32,000 bases of DNA from an uncultured archaeon (GTDB taxonomy: Archaea > Asgardarchaeota > Thorarchaeia > Thorarchaeales > Thorarchaeaceae): assembly GCA_964354495.1 (NCBI GenBank), contig CAYHAA010000001.1:155975-187974 (forward strand). Direction: 5' to 3'. Under the pieces are notes generated by a model. The model was not told the origin of the DNA. It worked only from the letters and a program-made list of their open reading frames with translations, and ran no database searches. A program made the translations under genes and the position numbers. Positions 1 to 8,813 of this stretch are shown piece by piece (the stretch's first letter is position 1; every line of letters starts with the position of its first letter).

Positions 1-1
1 C

Positions 2-229
2 GTAGATGCTGCAAAGAACTACTCTGAAGCAGAGATCTATGGTATTGCCAGAGAGGTACTTGATAGAGCAGAACAGAAGATGTGGGACATCCCAAAGGCG
101 ACGCGTCGAAGACTTAGACGCATGATTGACGATCTGCGCGATGCCTTGCCCGAGGAAGAAGAGATCCTAGATGATGATGATACAGCTGGGGACTTCGATC
201 CAGATCTGCTTGGCATCGAGGATGATTAG
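2..229 (+). CDS. 3' end of a hypothetical protein truncated by the window edge; helical, with an acidic C-terminal tail
   Basis: Frame 2 is open from base 2 to TAG at 227-229 and translates as VDAAKNYSEAEIYGIAREVLDRAEQKMWDIPKATRRRLRRMIDDLRDALPEEEEILDDDDTAGDFDPDLLGIEDD. It is absent from the ORF track because the start lies outside the window. Confidence 0.7.
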   Translation, partial: VDAAKNYSEAEIYGIAREVLDRAEQKMWDIPKATRRRLRRMIDDLRDALPEEEEILDDDDTAGDFDPDLLGIEDD

Positions 230-333
230 TGACTGCGCGGAGCAATATTCTCTGAATTGTCTGGTTTCTCAACGGGAAAACTCTATTTGCATAGTTTCTC
301 TCATTCGTGTATCTTCCTATGGAGTAGACACTA

Positions 334-3300
334 TTGACACACTTGCGAATGAAGATACTGACTTCCATCGTATTGGCTCTGCTGCTCTGGTCCATGGTCA
401 CCGCAGTCATCCCAAGTTCTCTAGGAACTGATTCTAGCTTCAAGCATTTCTCAACTAGCGCAAACGGGAATCAGATTCCTCTGAGAAGAGTCGCTCTTGT
501 TGCTCCAAACGCATCCTCCTACATTGACGAGTTCGCCTATTTCTCATCTATTCCAATGTCTGTGTTCAGTGAGAATGCCACTCAGTACATCTCGCCCCTC
601 ATCTATTCATCCGGTTCAGAGAGTGAAGAATGGTTTCTAGAGGATTGGATAGACTACCTCAGTGTAGATGGTGGACTTGTTCAAGCGACTGCCATAGGGA
701 GTTTCTCAGAATCATATCTTACAGAGCTACAATACGAGATTGGCACTAGAATCTATCCTCGAATCGCTGGAGCAAGTTCAGCAGAGATTGCGGCGAGAAT
801 TGCAGTTTCAGAATGGCGTACTTCTGGGGCTGTCGTGCTCTCTCTTGCAAGAGATAGCTTTCAGGCAGGTGCGATTATCTCTGGAAATGGCAGTCATACT
901 TTTCTGAATGATGCGACAGAAACAGACACTTTTGGAGGGACTGTCATGGGTGTGACCGTGCCTTCCAGCATATCATTCCAGCCACCCACCTGGGCCGGTT
1001 GGCTTGAGGGCAGCTTCAACTGGACCGGCAATGAAATCATCACCCATGAGCTCGTCGACCCCACTGGTGAGATTGTCGATTATTCTGTATACACCCAAGT
1101 CTATTTCTCGAGACATCCTGCCTATGTAGAGAACGCAGTACCGCTGCATTTCTGGCTTCCGAAGACCACTGACGGTACGTGGACTATGAATCTCACGAGA
1201 GATACTCTAGGTTCCACGACTATGAGCTGCAGTGTTCTCTATCATCCGGGATTCACCGAGACGGTTTCTGTCCCCGCGAACTCCAAATGGTTGAACGTGT
1301 CATTGAACTGGGATAATGTCGCCACCGACCTCAATCTTGCGCTGATTGACCCGAATGGTCGTCTGGTTATGTGGGCTCCTGCAGGCAGCATTCTGGCCAA
1401 TCCTGGCAGGGAATCCATCCAGCTTCCATACCCAATGGAGGGTGATTGGATCATCATAGCCTCATGGATAGATGCCACGAATGAGGAGAACAACATCGGG
1501 ATCTCATGGAGGATATCGCAACTTCCAGCAGATATTCATCACTATCTTGAATCGGCATCAAACGCCGCAGTCCTTGCATCACTACTAAACGTACCTCTCC
1601 TGTATGTTGAACCTAACCAAATACCTGAAGTCACACAATGGGCGCTCGACCGACTTGGAGTAACCGAGGTTTGGCTTGTGGACAGTGGAGATCTGCAACA
1701 GACCGGGCTTGTCACTGACCTGACTAGCTTGTACACTCTTCAGAATCTTAATAGCTATGGTACAATGACCGGGAATATCACTGTGCTGTCAGGAAGTCCT
1801 GATGTCGTAGTCACTGTACCTACTGGTGATAGTAACGAGTTCTTTGGACCGGCAGCATACTCTGCGGCGGTCCACGGATCTCCGATATTCTCCCTGTGCG
1901 GCGATGACAACCAGATGACGACTCGTGCACAGGAAACTTGGGCTCCCTACCTCGTCGGTCCTGAGATCAACAATATCTATGTCATAAACAAGTATGAGAA
2001 CCGTGCTGAGAACGGATGGTATGATGAGCGGATTCCGAACAAATACTCAATGATGGAATCTGTGAATGACTTTGAGAGCTTTCTTGCCGCCCGAGGGGCA
2101 TACAACGCGACAGCGGTTCAGCCATGTGTCATCGTTGCACCAATGTCCCTTCTACCCTCGAGTTTCGATCGTTCGCTTCAATCAGCCTTCAATCCAGGGA
2201 GGATCCCAGCTGAGGACCCCTCAACTGCATCGATTCTCATCAACCGAGGTCTACTGCATAGGTATCTCTTCCTCATAGCAGACTCTGCGGGTACTGCTCT
2301 CACAAGCATGTATGCGTATACAGACGGAGCACAATTCGTTGACAATAGCCTACACTACTCCGTGCTATATCAAATAGAAAACAGTACGGATGCCCTCGAA
2401 TCGGTTGGCTTCGAGATCGAGAGTCATGTTGGCGCGACTGAAACCTTCAATGGACTGAACTCTCAGGTAGCATTCTGGTCCCTGAGCACACACGGGACAC
2501 TGACAGTTCTACCCAGAGACCCCCCCGACCGACCGTACGGCCAAGGCTACATATCCATGAGATCGACAGACAGCCCATACGGTTTTGAAGAGAGTCTAGT
2601 CGTTCGAGAGAGTCCGGCGGATTCAGACAAATTAGTCAATCCGGTTTCCTTCTCTGCAGAATCCTCGAATCACATCATACGGTCTACGGATGAGCTAGAT
2701 GCTTCCATCGGCAATATTGGTTCGCCCATTGTCATTCTGACAGCATGTCTTCTTGGCGGTACTGACATGCCTCTTGTACTCATGCAGCATGGAGCAGTCG
2801 CTGTCACTGCATCTCCAAGAACCGTCTATTTCCAGCCAGCCGGGATGTTAGCAGTACTTGTCACTCAATCTCTCTGTGAGGGTAACGCAATTGGAGAATC
2901 TCTCTCCGCTGGTCTTTCCCTCACCTCATCCGACTATGCTAATCCATTGGTTGGTAGAGATCCTCGTGACTATGCCAACCAGCAGATTCTGTTTGGAGAC
3001 CCATCCATTCGTCTCTACGAACCAAGCACCTCATTGCATGTCCAGGCTCTGGATTCAGCGTCTGAGGTCTTTGGCAATCATGTGCCGGGTCGTGGTGTAT
3101 CATCTGTTGCAGTCCTTGGCGCTTCTTCATATCTGCCAGACGCGCTCGCTCCTTTGACAGTTGATTTTGATTACTACGAGTCCTCGAATTTCTCTGATTT
3201 TGTATCCCTCCTCCCACTTCGATACACTGTCATAGTGGAACCAGAGACTCTCTCTCTCTTCTTTGAAGAAGACTTCGCATCGCACTCATCTGAGATTATT

Positions 3301-4161
3301 TCCTACATTCGTGCTGGGGGCGTTCTGGGCATACTTGGGATAGCCGGTTCTCTTGATTGGGCTCCATGGCCAATCACATTCGGCAATACGACAGATGTTG
3401 AACCGATATCCTATATTGAAGAATCCCACCCTCTGCTTACTATTCCCAATCTGATAAACACAACAAGCGATTATTACGGTTGTTTTGACTCAGGTTGGGG
3501 CAACTTCACAGTCCTTGCGGTGGCCGGCTCTAGCCCCGTCATTGTCGCAGGAACCTATGGGTCTGGAAAAGTCGTTTTGACTACCACAAGCCCGAATGGC
3601 ACGGCCAGAGACGACTTTGTGGAAAATGTTGTTAATTGGGGCTCAGCACCTTCGATACGACTCAGAGCAATCTTACTAAGCCAGTCTATCATCTGGGCAG
3701 GAGACCGTGTTGTCATCTTGATTAGATTGTCTGACTTGGAAGGCAATCCAATCGAGTCTTCCAATTTTCAGCTATGGCTGAATGAAACAGAACTGAGTGT
3801 TGTCGAGGGTGAAAATGGCTACTACAGTGTGACAGTGAACGAAATATGGACAGCGAACAATGTAGGTCTGTTCGATATGAGATTCTACGTAAGCAAGAGC
3901 GGATATGACACTCTCTCCTTGACCTACGAGAGGTATCTGCTGATACGTCCGTTTCCATGGACTGTGATTGGTATTCTCGGTGGCACTGTTGCTGTGGTCA
4001 TCGGAGGCTGGATCTATCTCAAGCACAAAGGAGGCGACTCATTCTCACTCCACAAGGATGACAGTAGAGACTCTAGATCGAAGAAACAAGAGAAAGAAGA
4101 GGAAAAGAAGCGGAAGGAAGAGGATGGCAAATTCGATGCAAAAGAGTTCTTTGGCGTCTGA
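334..4161 (+). CDS. Large secreted, C-terminally membrane-anchored multidomain protein: CW_binding_2-like repeats, PPC-like beta-sandwiches, peptidase C25 (gingipain, clan CD) domain, GATase1-like domain, Ig-like domain, TM helix and charged cytoplasmic tail
   Basis: Signal peptide MKILTSIVLALLLWSMVTA (ATG 349 is the alternative start to TTG 334). CWB2-like segments RIAGASSAEIAARIA and AAVLASLLNVPLLYVEPNQIPEVTQWALDRLGVTEVWLV. PPC-like DLNLALIDPNG. C25 motifs GRIPA, THG, TAC, GAVAVTAS and LFGDP. TM WTVIGILGGTVAVVIGGWIYL. About 15 N-x-S/T sequons. Confidence 0.8.
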   Translation: MTHLRMKILTSIVLALLLWSMVTAVIPSSLGTDSSFKHFSTSANGNQIPLRRVALVAPNASSYIDEFAYFSSIPMSVFSENATQYISPLIYSSGSESEEWFLEDWIDYLSVDGGLVQATAIGSFSESYLTELQYEIGTRIYPRIAGASSAEIAARIAVSEWRTSGAVVLSLARDSFQAGAIISGNGSHTFLNDATETDTFGGTVMGVTVPSSISFQPPTWAGWLEGSFNWTGNEIITHELVDPTGEIVDYSVYTQVYFSRHPAYVENAVPLHFWLPKTTDGTWTMNLTRDTLGSTTMSCSVLYHPGFTETVSVPANSKWLNVSLNWDNVATDLNLALIDPNGRLVMWAPAGSILANPGRESIQLPYPMEGDWIIIASWIDATNEENNIGISWRISQLPADIHHYLESASNAAVLASLLNVPLLYVEPNQIPEVTQWALDRLGVTEVWLVDSGDLQQTGLVTDLTSLYTLQNLNSYGTMTGNITVLSGSPDVVVTVPTGDSNEFFGPAAYSAAVHGSPIFSLCGDDNQMTTRAQETWAPYLVGPEINNIYVINKYENRAENGWYDERIPNKYSMMESVNDFESFLAARGAYNATAVQPCVIVAPMSLLPSSFDRSLQSAFNPGRIPAEDPSTASILINRGLLHRYLFLIADSAGTALTSMYAYTDGAQFVDNSLHYSVLYQIENSTDALESVGFEIESHVGATETFNGLNSQVAFWSLSTHGTLTVLPRDPPDRPYGQGYISMRSTDSPYGFEESLVVRESPADSDKLVNPVSFSAESSNHIIRSTDELDASIGNIGSPIVILTACLLGGTDMPLVLMQHGAVAVTASPRTVYFQPAGMLAVLVTQSLCEGNAIGESLSAGLSLTSSDYANPLVGRDPRDYANQQILFGDPSIRLYEPSTSLHVQALDSASEVFGNHVPGRGVSSVAVLGASSYLPDALAPLTVDFDYYESSNFSDFVSLLPLRYTVIVEPETLSLFFEEDFASHSSEIISYIRAGGVLGILGIAGSLDWAPWPITFGNTTDVEPISYIEESHPLLTIPNLINTTSDYYGCFDSGWGNFTVLAVAGSSPVIVAGTYGSGKVVLTTTSPNGTARDDFVENVVNWGSAPSIRLRAILLSQSIIWAGDRVVILIRLSDLEGNPIESSNFQLWLNETELSVVEGENGYYSVTVNEIWTANNVGLFDMRFYVSKSGYDTLSLTYERYLLIRPFPWTVIGILGGTVAVVIGGWIYLKHKGGDSFSLHKDDSRDSRSKKQEKEEEKKRKEEDGKFDAKEFFGV

Positions 4162-4207
4162 TTCGTGCTTTCAATCAGAATGCACATTTGCCGTGCCTGC
4201 AATAAGG

Positions 4208-4215
4208 TTTTATAT
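4208..4215 (+). promoter_or_regulatory. Putative TATA box for the roadblock gene
   Basis: TTTTATAT preceded by purine-rich AATAAGG, about 47 nt upstream of ATG 4262. Confidence 0.5.
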
Positions 4216-4261
4216 GTACTGCACAGACTAGCCTTTGTTCGGATTGGCAGAGGGTTCTACC

Positions 4262-4624
4262 ATGTCCACTCGCGTTGACAGTATCAATAAAATCATCCGT
4301 GATTTTGAAACGGTCCCTGGTGTAGAGGGCGCCGCACTTGTGTCGCCTGACGGTCTCATGATTGCATCTGCCTTGCCCGAAAGCGAACAGGAAAATGTTG
4401 CCGCAATAAGCGCAGCGATTACATCTCTAGGAGAGAAGGCCACGGTAGAGCTAGACCGGGGAAGTCTCATGGAAATCTACGTAAAAGGTTCCAAAGGTTA
4501 TACACTCATTACGTCTGTTGGAGACCGTGCAGTGTTCCTTGTCCTAGCAAAGGTCGATGCTCAACTGGGACTCATATTCATGGATATGAAACGGATGGCT
4601 GAAGCATTGCTCGAGATTCTCTGA
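4262..4624 (+). CDS. Roadblock/LC7 (MglB/LAMTOR2-like) domain protein, 120 aa
   Basis: PGVEGAALVSPDGLMIASAL ... VAAISAAITSLGEKATVELDRG ... KGSKGYTLITSVGDRAVFLVLAK ... QLGLIFMDMKR is a typical prokaryotic/Asgard roadblock pattern. ATG 4262 is preferred over the TTG at 4235. Confidence 0.92.
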   Translation: MSTRVDSINKIIRDFETVPGVEGAALVSPDGLMIASALPESEQENVAAISAAITSLGEKATVELDRGSLMEIYVKGSKGYTLITSVGDRAVFLVLAKVDAQLGLIFMDMKRMAEALLEIL

Positions 4625-4636
4625 TTAGGTGCTGTA

Positions 4637-5908
4637 TCATCTCATTCTTTTGACTAAGACATCCACAATCTGGCGTGCAACTTCTCTCTTTGAGGCTAAG
4701 GGAACCTCGACCTTGAAGTCCTTTGGTCCTACGATGAGTACTTCGTTTGTGTCCGCTTCAAAGGCGACTCCTTTTTTCTGTTCGTCATTAGCGACGACCA
4801 GATTGCAGATTCCTGCATCTATTTTGGCTCTCGCTCGCTTCTCCAGCTCCTTGTCACTGACTCCTGATTCGACCTTGAAACCCACGATAAAGAGACTCTT
4901 GTATTTGTTTCTCGCCGCCTCGATGATCTTCTTTGTAGGCACGAATTCCACAACGAAGTCGGTCTTTCCTGATACGATTTTTGTGTCTTCTTTCTTGGCT
5001 GGGACATAGTCTGAAACAGCTGCAGCAGAAACAAAACAGTCTGTCTTCTGAGAAGAGAGAGCTTTCATCACTGCATCCAGCATCTCCTCAGCGGTATTGA
5101 CATTCACAACCTCGGCAAGCGCTGGCGGCTTTTGGGCGGTTGGACCGAGCACAAGGGTCACTGATGCTCCTCGTGAGATCAGTTCCTGCGCGACTGCAAT
5201 TCCCATTTTGCCTGTTGAAGGATTCGTGATGAATCGCACCCTGTCAATCCATCCTCTGGTCGGACCAGCAGTTAACACAAAATGCTTTCCCTCAAGGTCT
5301 CTGGGTCCCAGTTTCGCTATTACATAGTCGACTATCACGTCAGTATCGGGAATCTTCGCCTTATCCTCCTCAAGTCGCGGGGGCACCACTCCAACTCCCA
5401 TTGACTTGAGCTTCTCGATGTTCTCAATGACTGCTGGGTGCTCGTACATTGACTCATGCATGGCTGGGACCACTATGACCGGAATGTGTGTGCCAATTGC
5501 TGATGATGCTGTGGTAGTCACAGGTGTATCATCAATACCCATTGCGACCTTGCCTATGGTATTTGCAGTTGCAGGCGCGATTAGGACCAAGTCGACATGG
5601 CCCTTATGCTTTCCAGCTAGAGTGATGTGCTCAATCTGTCCTGTCAGCTCAACGACAACAGGATTACCAGTCGCCCACTCCAGAAGGTAGGGATGGATTA
5701 TCTTCTGAGCCATTGCGCTCATAATCGGATAGACTTCTGCACCGTGGCGCATGAGCCTTCTCGCTAGAGCCACACATTCAACGGCAGCCACGCTTCCCGT
5801 CACACAGAGTGCAATGCTCTTCCCCTCAAGTGCTCGACTCAGAGTTCCTTTGATCAGTTTGGATGTATGTTCCATTGGACAAGACACCACTTGATAGTCT
5901 TCAGACAT
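4637..5908 (-). CDS. coaBC: Bifunctional phosphopantothenoylcysteine decarboxylase / phosphopantothenate--cysteine ligase
   Basis: CVTGSVAAV, LIAPATANTIGKVAMGIDD, PAMHESMY, LTAGPTRGWIDRVRFITNPSTGKMG, AAAVSDY, VGFKVES and NLVVAND. Confidence 0.97.
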   Translation of the reverse strand: MSEDYQVVSCPMEHTSKLIKGTLSRALEGKSIALCVTGSVAAVECVALARRLMRHGAEVYPIMSAMAQKIIHPYLLEWATGNPVVVELTGQIEHITLAGKHKGHVDLVLIAPATANTIGKVAMGIDDTPVTTTASSAIGTHIPVIVVPAMHESMYEHPAVIENIEKLKSMGVGVVPPRLEEDKAKIPDTDVIVDYVIAKLGPRDLEGKHFVLTAGPTRGWIDRVRFITNPSTGKMGIAVAQELISRGASVTLVLGPTAQKPPALAEVVNVNTAEEMLDAVMKALSSQKTDCFVSAAAVSDYVPAKKEDTKIVSGKTDFVVEFVPTKKIIEAARNKYKSLFIVGFKVESGVSDKELEKRARAKIDAGICNLVVANDEQKKGVAFEADTNEVLIVGPKDFKVEVPLASKREVARQIVDVLVKRMR

Positions 5909-6143
5909 CCTTTACGAGGATAAGTGGTCGGATAAGACTTGTGGGTGACGTTTTGCTGACACTGGTATCGCCTATATTTCCGTGATTTTGTGCAAGTATA
6001 CACAGGTGGGCAAAGAATATATGAGGCAAATAGGATGAGCGGGAGTAACGGTGGCGGCTTTTTCAGTGGATTTGCCGTCAATGAATGTGCGTATGAAGTA
6101 ATCTTCGGTAGGTGCGGAACACTTGGCAGGCTCTTCTCGCAAC

Positions 6144-6959
6144 ATGGATGAACTCATGAGGGGATTTCAGACCGAGAAGAAGACAAGGTTCCAGTCGTAT
6201 GAGAAGGTTGTTTCTGCTCTGGGCACTCCTACCCAATCGCTCTTTGTGACCGATAATGACAATGAGGTCGATACATTCCAACGCGACTTCAACGAGTTTC
6301 TTGTTTCGACAGGAAGAATGAAAGAGGGTTCGACAGATCTACCGTATCACATGGTGCGAATAGGCTACGATGGCGACATGCTTGATGACATGTTCCGACT
6401 TGTGGTTTCCGATGAATCTGACAACTTCACACCTGCATCGCTTGATCCCAATTCACTCTATTCAAAACAGGCCATCTTTCAGCATCTCTACCAGGCCATT
6501 AGCAAAGACAAGTTCATCATTTTTCACATCACAGAGTTCCCACTTGCTTACTACTTTGAGACCGCCGTAGTAGTAGATGTTCAGGAGCTCTCAGATGTGA
6601 TGGATCCATCAGTTCATGACGAGACCATCGTACGGTACCTCAACGACCTTCGTGAGCAAGGGACAGAGGAACATAGAAAGACATACACCTTCTTTTACCG
6701 AATCAGTACGTCACTACTAATGGAGCTCTCCAATGTCTTCCTCGTGGTTCCTACCGCCGGAATGAACAGACATCTCGTGGTGACAAGCTGGCGCACACAG
6801 ACCCTCCTCCTTGGTTTCAGTCCCCTGACATGGTCCTCGGGCAGCTTCAATGTCTTTGATTTGAGCGGGCGTGATATCGATGCTCGCTGGGCATATCCTG
6901 CACCACCAACCGCAGACCCACGGGTGAAACAATACACAAGTCTAGTGCCCATGAAGTAG
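6144..6959 (+). CDS. Hypothetical protein (271 aa), soluble and acidic, inside the CoA cluster
   Basis: Long ORF filling the gap between coaBC and pantoate kinase, with an in-frame TAA at 6099. ATG 6144 is the first ATG (TTG 6123 is an alternative). No family motif recognised. Confidence 0.75.
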   Translation: MDELMRGFQTEKKTRFQSYEKVVSALGTPTQSLFVTDNDNEVDTFQRDFNEFLVSTGRMKEGSTDLPYHMVRIGYDGDMLDDMFRLVVSDESDNFTPASLDPNSLYSKQAIFQHLYQAISKDKFIIFHITEFPLAYYFETAVVVDVQELSDVMDPSVHDETIVRYLNDLREQGTEEHRKTYTFFYRISTSLLMELSNVFLVVPTAGMNRHLVVTSWRTQTLLLGFSPLTWSSGSFNVFDLSGRDIDARWAYPAPPTADPRVKQYTSLVPMK

Positions 6960-6991
6960 GTTCAGATTCTGATTCTCTCTCTTCAACCATC

Positions 6992-7042
6992 ATGTATATA
7001 CATATATATACGCATCCTGTTTTATGTAAAGAATATTTAATA
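6992..7042 (+). promoter_or_regulatory. Palindromic operator candidate and TATA box upstream of the PoK-PPS-panE operon
   Basis: Perfect 12-bp palindrome ATGTATATACAT (6992-7003), overlapping GTATATA-N4-TATATAC (6994-7011). TATTTAATA at 7034-7042, about 33 nt before TTG 7075. Confidence 0.45.
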
Positions 7043-7074
7043 GCAACTCATTCGAGAATGCTTTAGCTCACACC

Positions 7075-8001
7075 TTGAGCAAGAGAAAGAATGTGCCAAA
7101 GGTTGCGCAGGCATTCGTTCCAGGTCACATAACTGGATTCTTCAGAATCCATGATGATGCCGAGGATCCCCTCTTGCGCGGATCTACTGGTGCAGGCTTC
7201 TCTGTTAAAATTGGCACACACACAACCGTCCGCATAATCGAGAATGACACATCAGGAATAACTACAATCTTCAATAATGAGGTAATTGATGCTCAAGTGA
7301 CACACACGGTGGTACAAAGAATGGTCGAGAGATATAGGCGGCAGCTCAAGGTGAATGTTGTGCACAAGTCCTCTCTCCCATCAGGAGCCGGTTTTGGTTC
7401 ATCTGGGGCTGGAGCCCTTGGCACAGCACTTGCTCTTGGCCATCTTCTGGACTCGGCAATGAGCTACGATGCCGCTGCATGCTACGCGCATGAGGCTGAG
7501 GTAGTTAACCACACAGGACTTGGTGATGTTATTGCACAGACCAAGGGCGGTTTGGAGATTCGCGTTCATCCTGGCGGTCCTGGCATTGGCGAAGTGGTGA
7601 GAATGGACAATAGCGCCCCCGCATGCGTGGTCCTTGCAGGAGCTTCAGGGATATACACCCGAGATGTTCTAACAGATCCTGAGAGCCGCATTAGAATAAA
7701 CAAAGCAGGCGACCGTCTTGTTCATAGAATGATGAAGAAACGTGACCTCAAAACATTCATCTCGTGCTCAAGGAAATTCACGGATTCCATCGGACTCGCA
7801 ACAGAGAGGGTTGTCAATGCACTTCACGACTTGGATGCTGCTGGATTCTCACAATCTAGTATGGTCATGTTAGGTGATTCCGTGTTCTGCTTCTGCGATG
7901 ATAGCGAGTCCAGCACAGTGATTGGTGTTTTGGACGGATACTGGGACAGGTCTCAGGTGACAGCGACTTCAGTTTCAGACATAGGTGGGAGGTTGGTATG
8001 A
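7075..8001 (+). CDS. Archaeal pantoate kinase (GHMP kinase family)
   Basis: AFVPGHITGFF, GSTGAGFS, LPSGAGFGSSGAGALG, AHEAEVVNHTGLGDV, GGLEIRVHPGGPG and SMVMLGDSVF. Overlaps the PPS start by 4 nt. Confidence 0.95.
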   Translation: MSKRKNVPKVAQAFVPGHITGFFRIHDDAEDPLLRGSTGAGFSVKIGTHTTVRIIENDTSGITTIFNNEVIDAQVTHTVVQRMVERYRRQLKVNVVHKSSLPSGAGFGSSGAGALGTALALGHLLDSAMSYDAAACYAHEAEVVNHTGLGDVIAQTKGGLEIRVHPGGPGIGEVVRMDNSAPACVVLAGASGIYTRDVLTDPESRIRINKAGDRLVHRMMKKRDLKTFISCSRKFTDSIGLATERVVNALHDLDAAGFSQSSMVMLGDSVFCFCDDSESSTVIGVLDGYWDRSQVTATSVSDIGGRLV

Positions 8002-8813
8002 TGGTGGAGACTGAAATTCCTGCTGACCACCCGCGAAAGGTGTCTCTAGATATCCGTGACAAGATTATTGCAGGTCACACGAATCATGTTGTTGTGACTG
8101 CTGGACTACTTGCACATGGTCGGGGTGAGGCCTTTGATTACCTCATCGGAGAACGGACAACAGAGCTGGCGGAAAAAGCCACCAACGCTGCAGTTGCTTC
8201 ATTATTGCTTGCCAAGCATCCGGTGATAAGCGTCAATGGAAATACATGTGCACTCGTTCCTAATGATCTAGTTGCACTCTCCGAGATCACTCATGCTCCC
8301 TTGGAGATCAACTTGTTCTATTATCGAGAAGACCGAGAGAATGCCATCATTCGTGTATTGAGAGCAGCTGGTGCAAAGGGAGTATTAGGCACGCGGGACC
8401 GACCATCCACTACGATTCCTGAACTCAGCAGCAATCGTCGCAAAGTTGATCCAGACGGGATTTGGACTGCAGATGTTGTGGTTGTTCCCTTAGAAGATGG
8501 AGACAGAACGGAGGCTTTGAAGTCCGAAGGGAAATTCGTGATTGCGATAGACCTGAATCCCATGAGCAGAACTGCCGTCTATGCTGATATCACCATCGTG
8601 GACAATGTTGTTCGGGCACTGCCTCTGATGGTCAAATATGCCTCGAAACTGAAAAAGAAGCCAAAGGGTGAGTTGCGCGAGATTGTTCGGAGTTTCGTCA
8701 ACGATCAGAATCTTGGTCAATCAATTCGTTCTATTACATCGAGACTTGAGGAACTATCACGAGATGTTAGTGTCCTCCGTCAAAAGAAACCAGCTGGAGT
8801 GAGAAAATCATGA
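7998..8813 (+). CDS. Archaeal 4-phosphopantoate--beta-alanine ligase (phosphopantothenate synthetase)
   Basis: IPADHPRKVSL, GLLAHGRGEAFDYLIGE, PVISVNGN, EINLFY, ADVVVVPLEDGDRTEAL and IAIDLNPMSRTAVYADITIVDNVVRA. Confidence 0.96.
   Translation: MMVETEIPADHPRKVSLDIRDKIIAGHTNHVVVTAGLLAHGRGEAFDYLIGERTTELAEKATNAAVASLLLAKHPVISVNGNTCALVPNDLVALSEITHAPLEINLFYYREDRENAIIRVLRAAGAKGVLGTRDRPSTTIPELSSNRRKVDPDGIWTADVVVVPLEDGDRTEALKSEGKFVIAIDLNPMSRTAVYADITIVDNVVRALPLMVKYASKLKKKPKGELREIVRSFVNDQNLGQSIRSITSRLEELSRDVSVLRQKKPAGVRKS

Noticed and set aside
6170-6275. KKTRFQSYEKVVSALGTPTQSLFVTDNDNEVD faintly resembles the C-terminal HAD motifs of enolase-phosphatase E1
   Set aside because: The segment is at the N-terminus, the essential DxD/DxE motif I is absent upstream, and an in-frame stop at 6099 excludes a longer protein.
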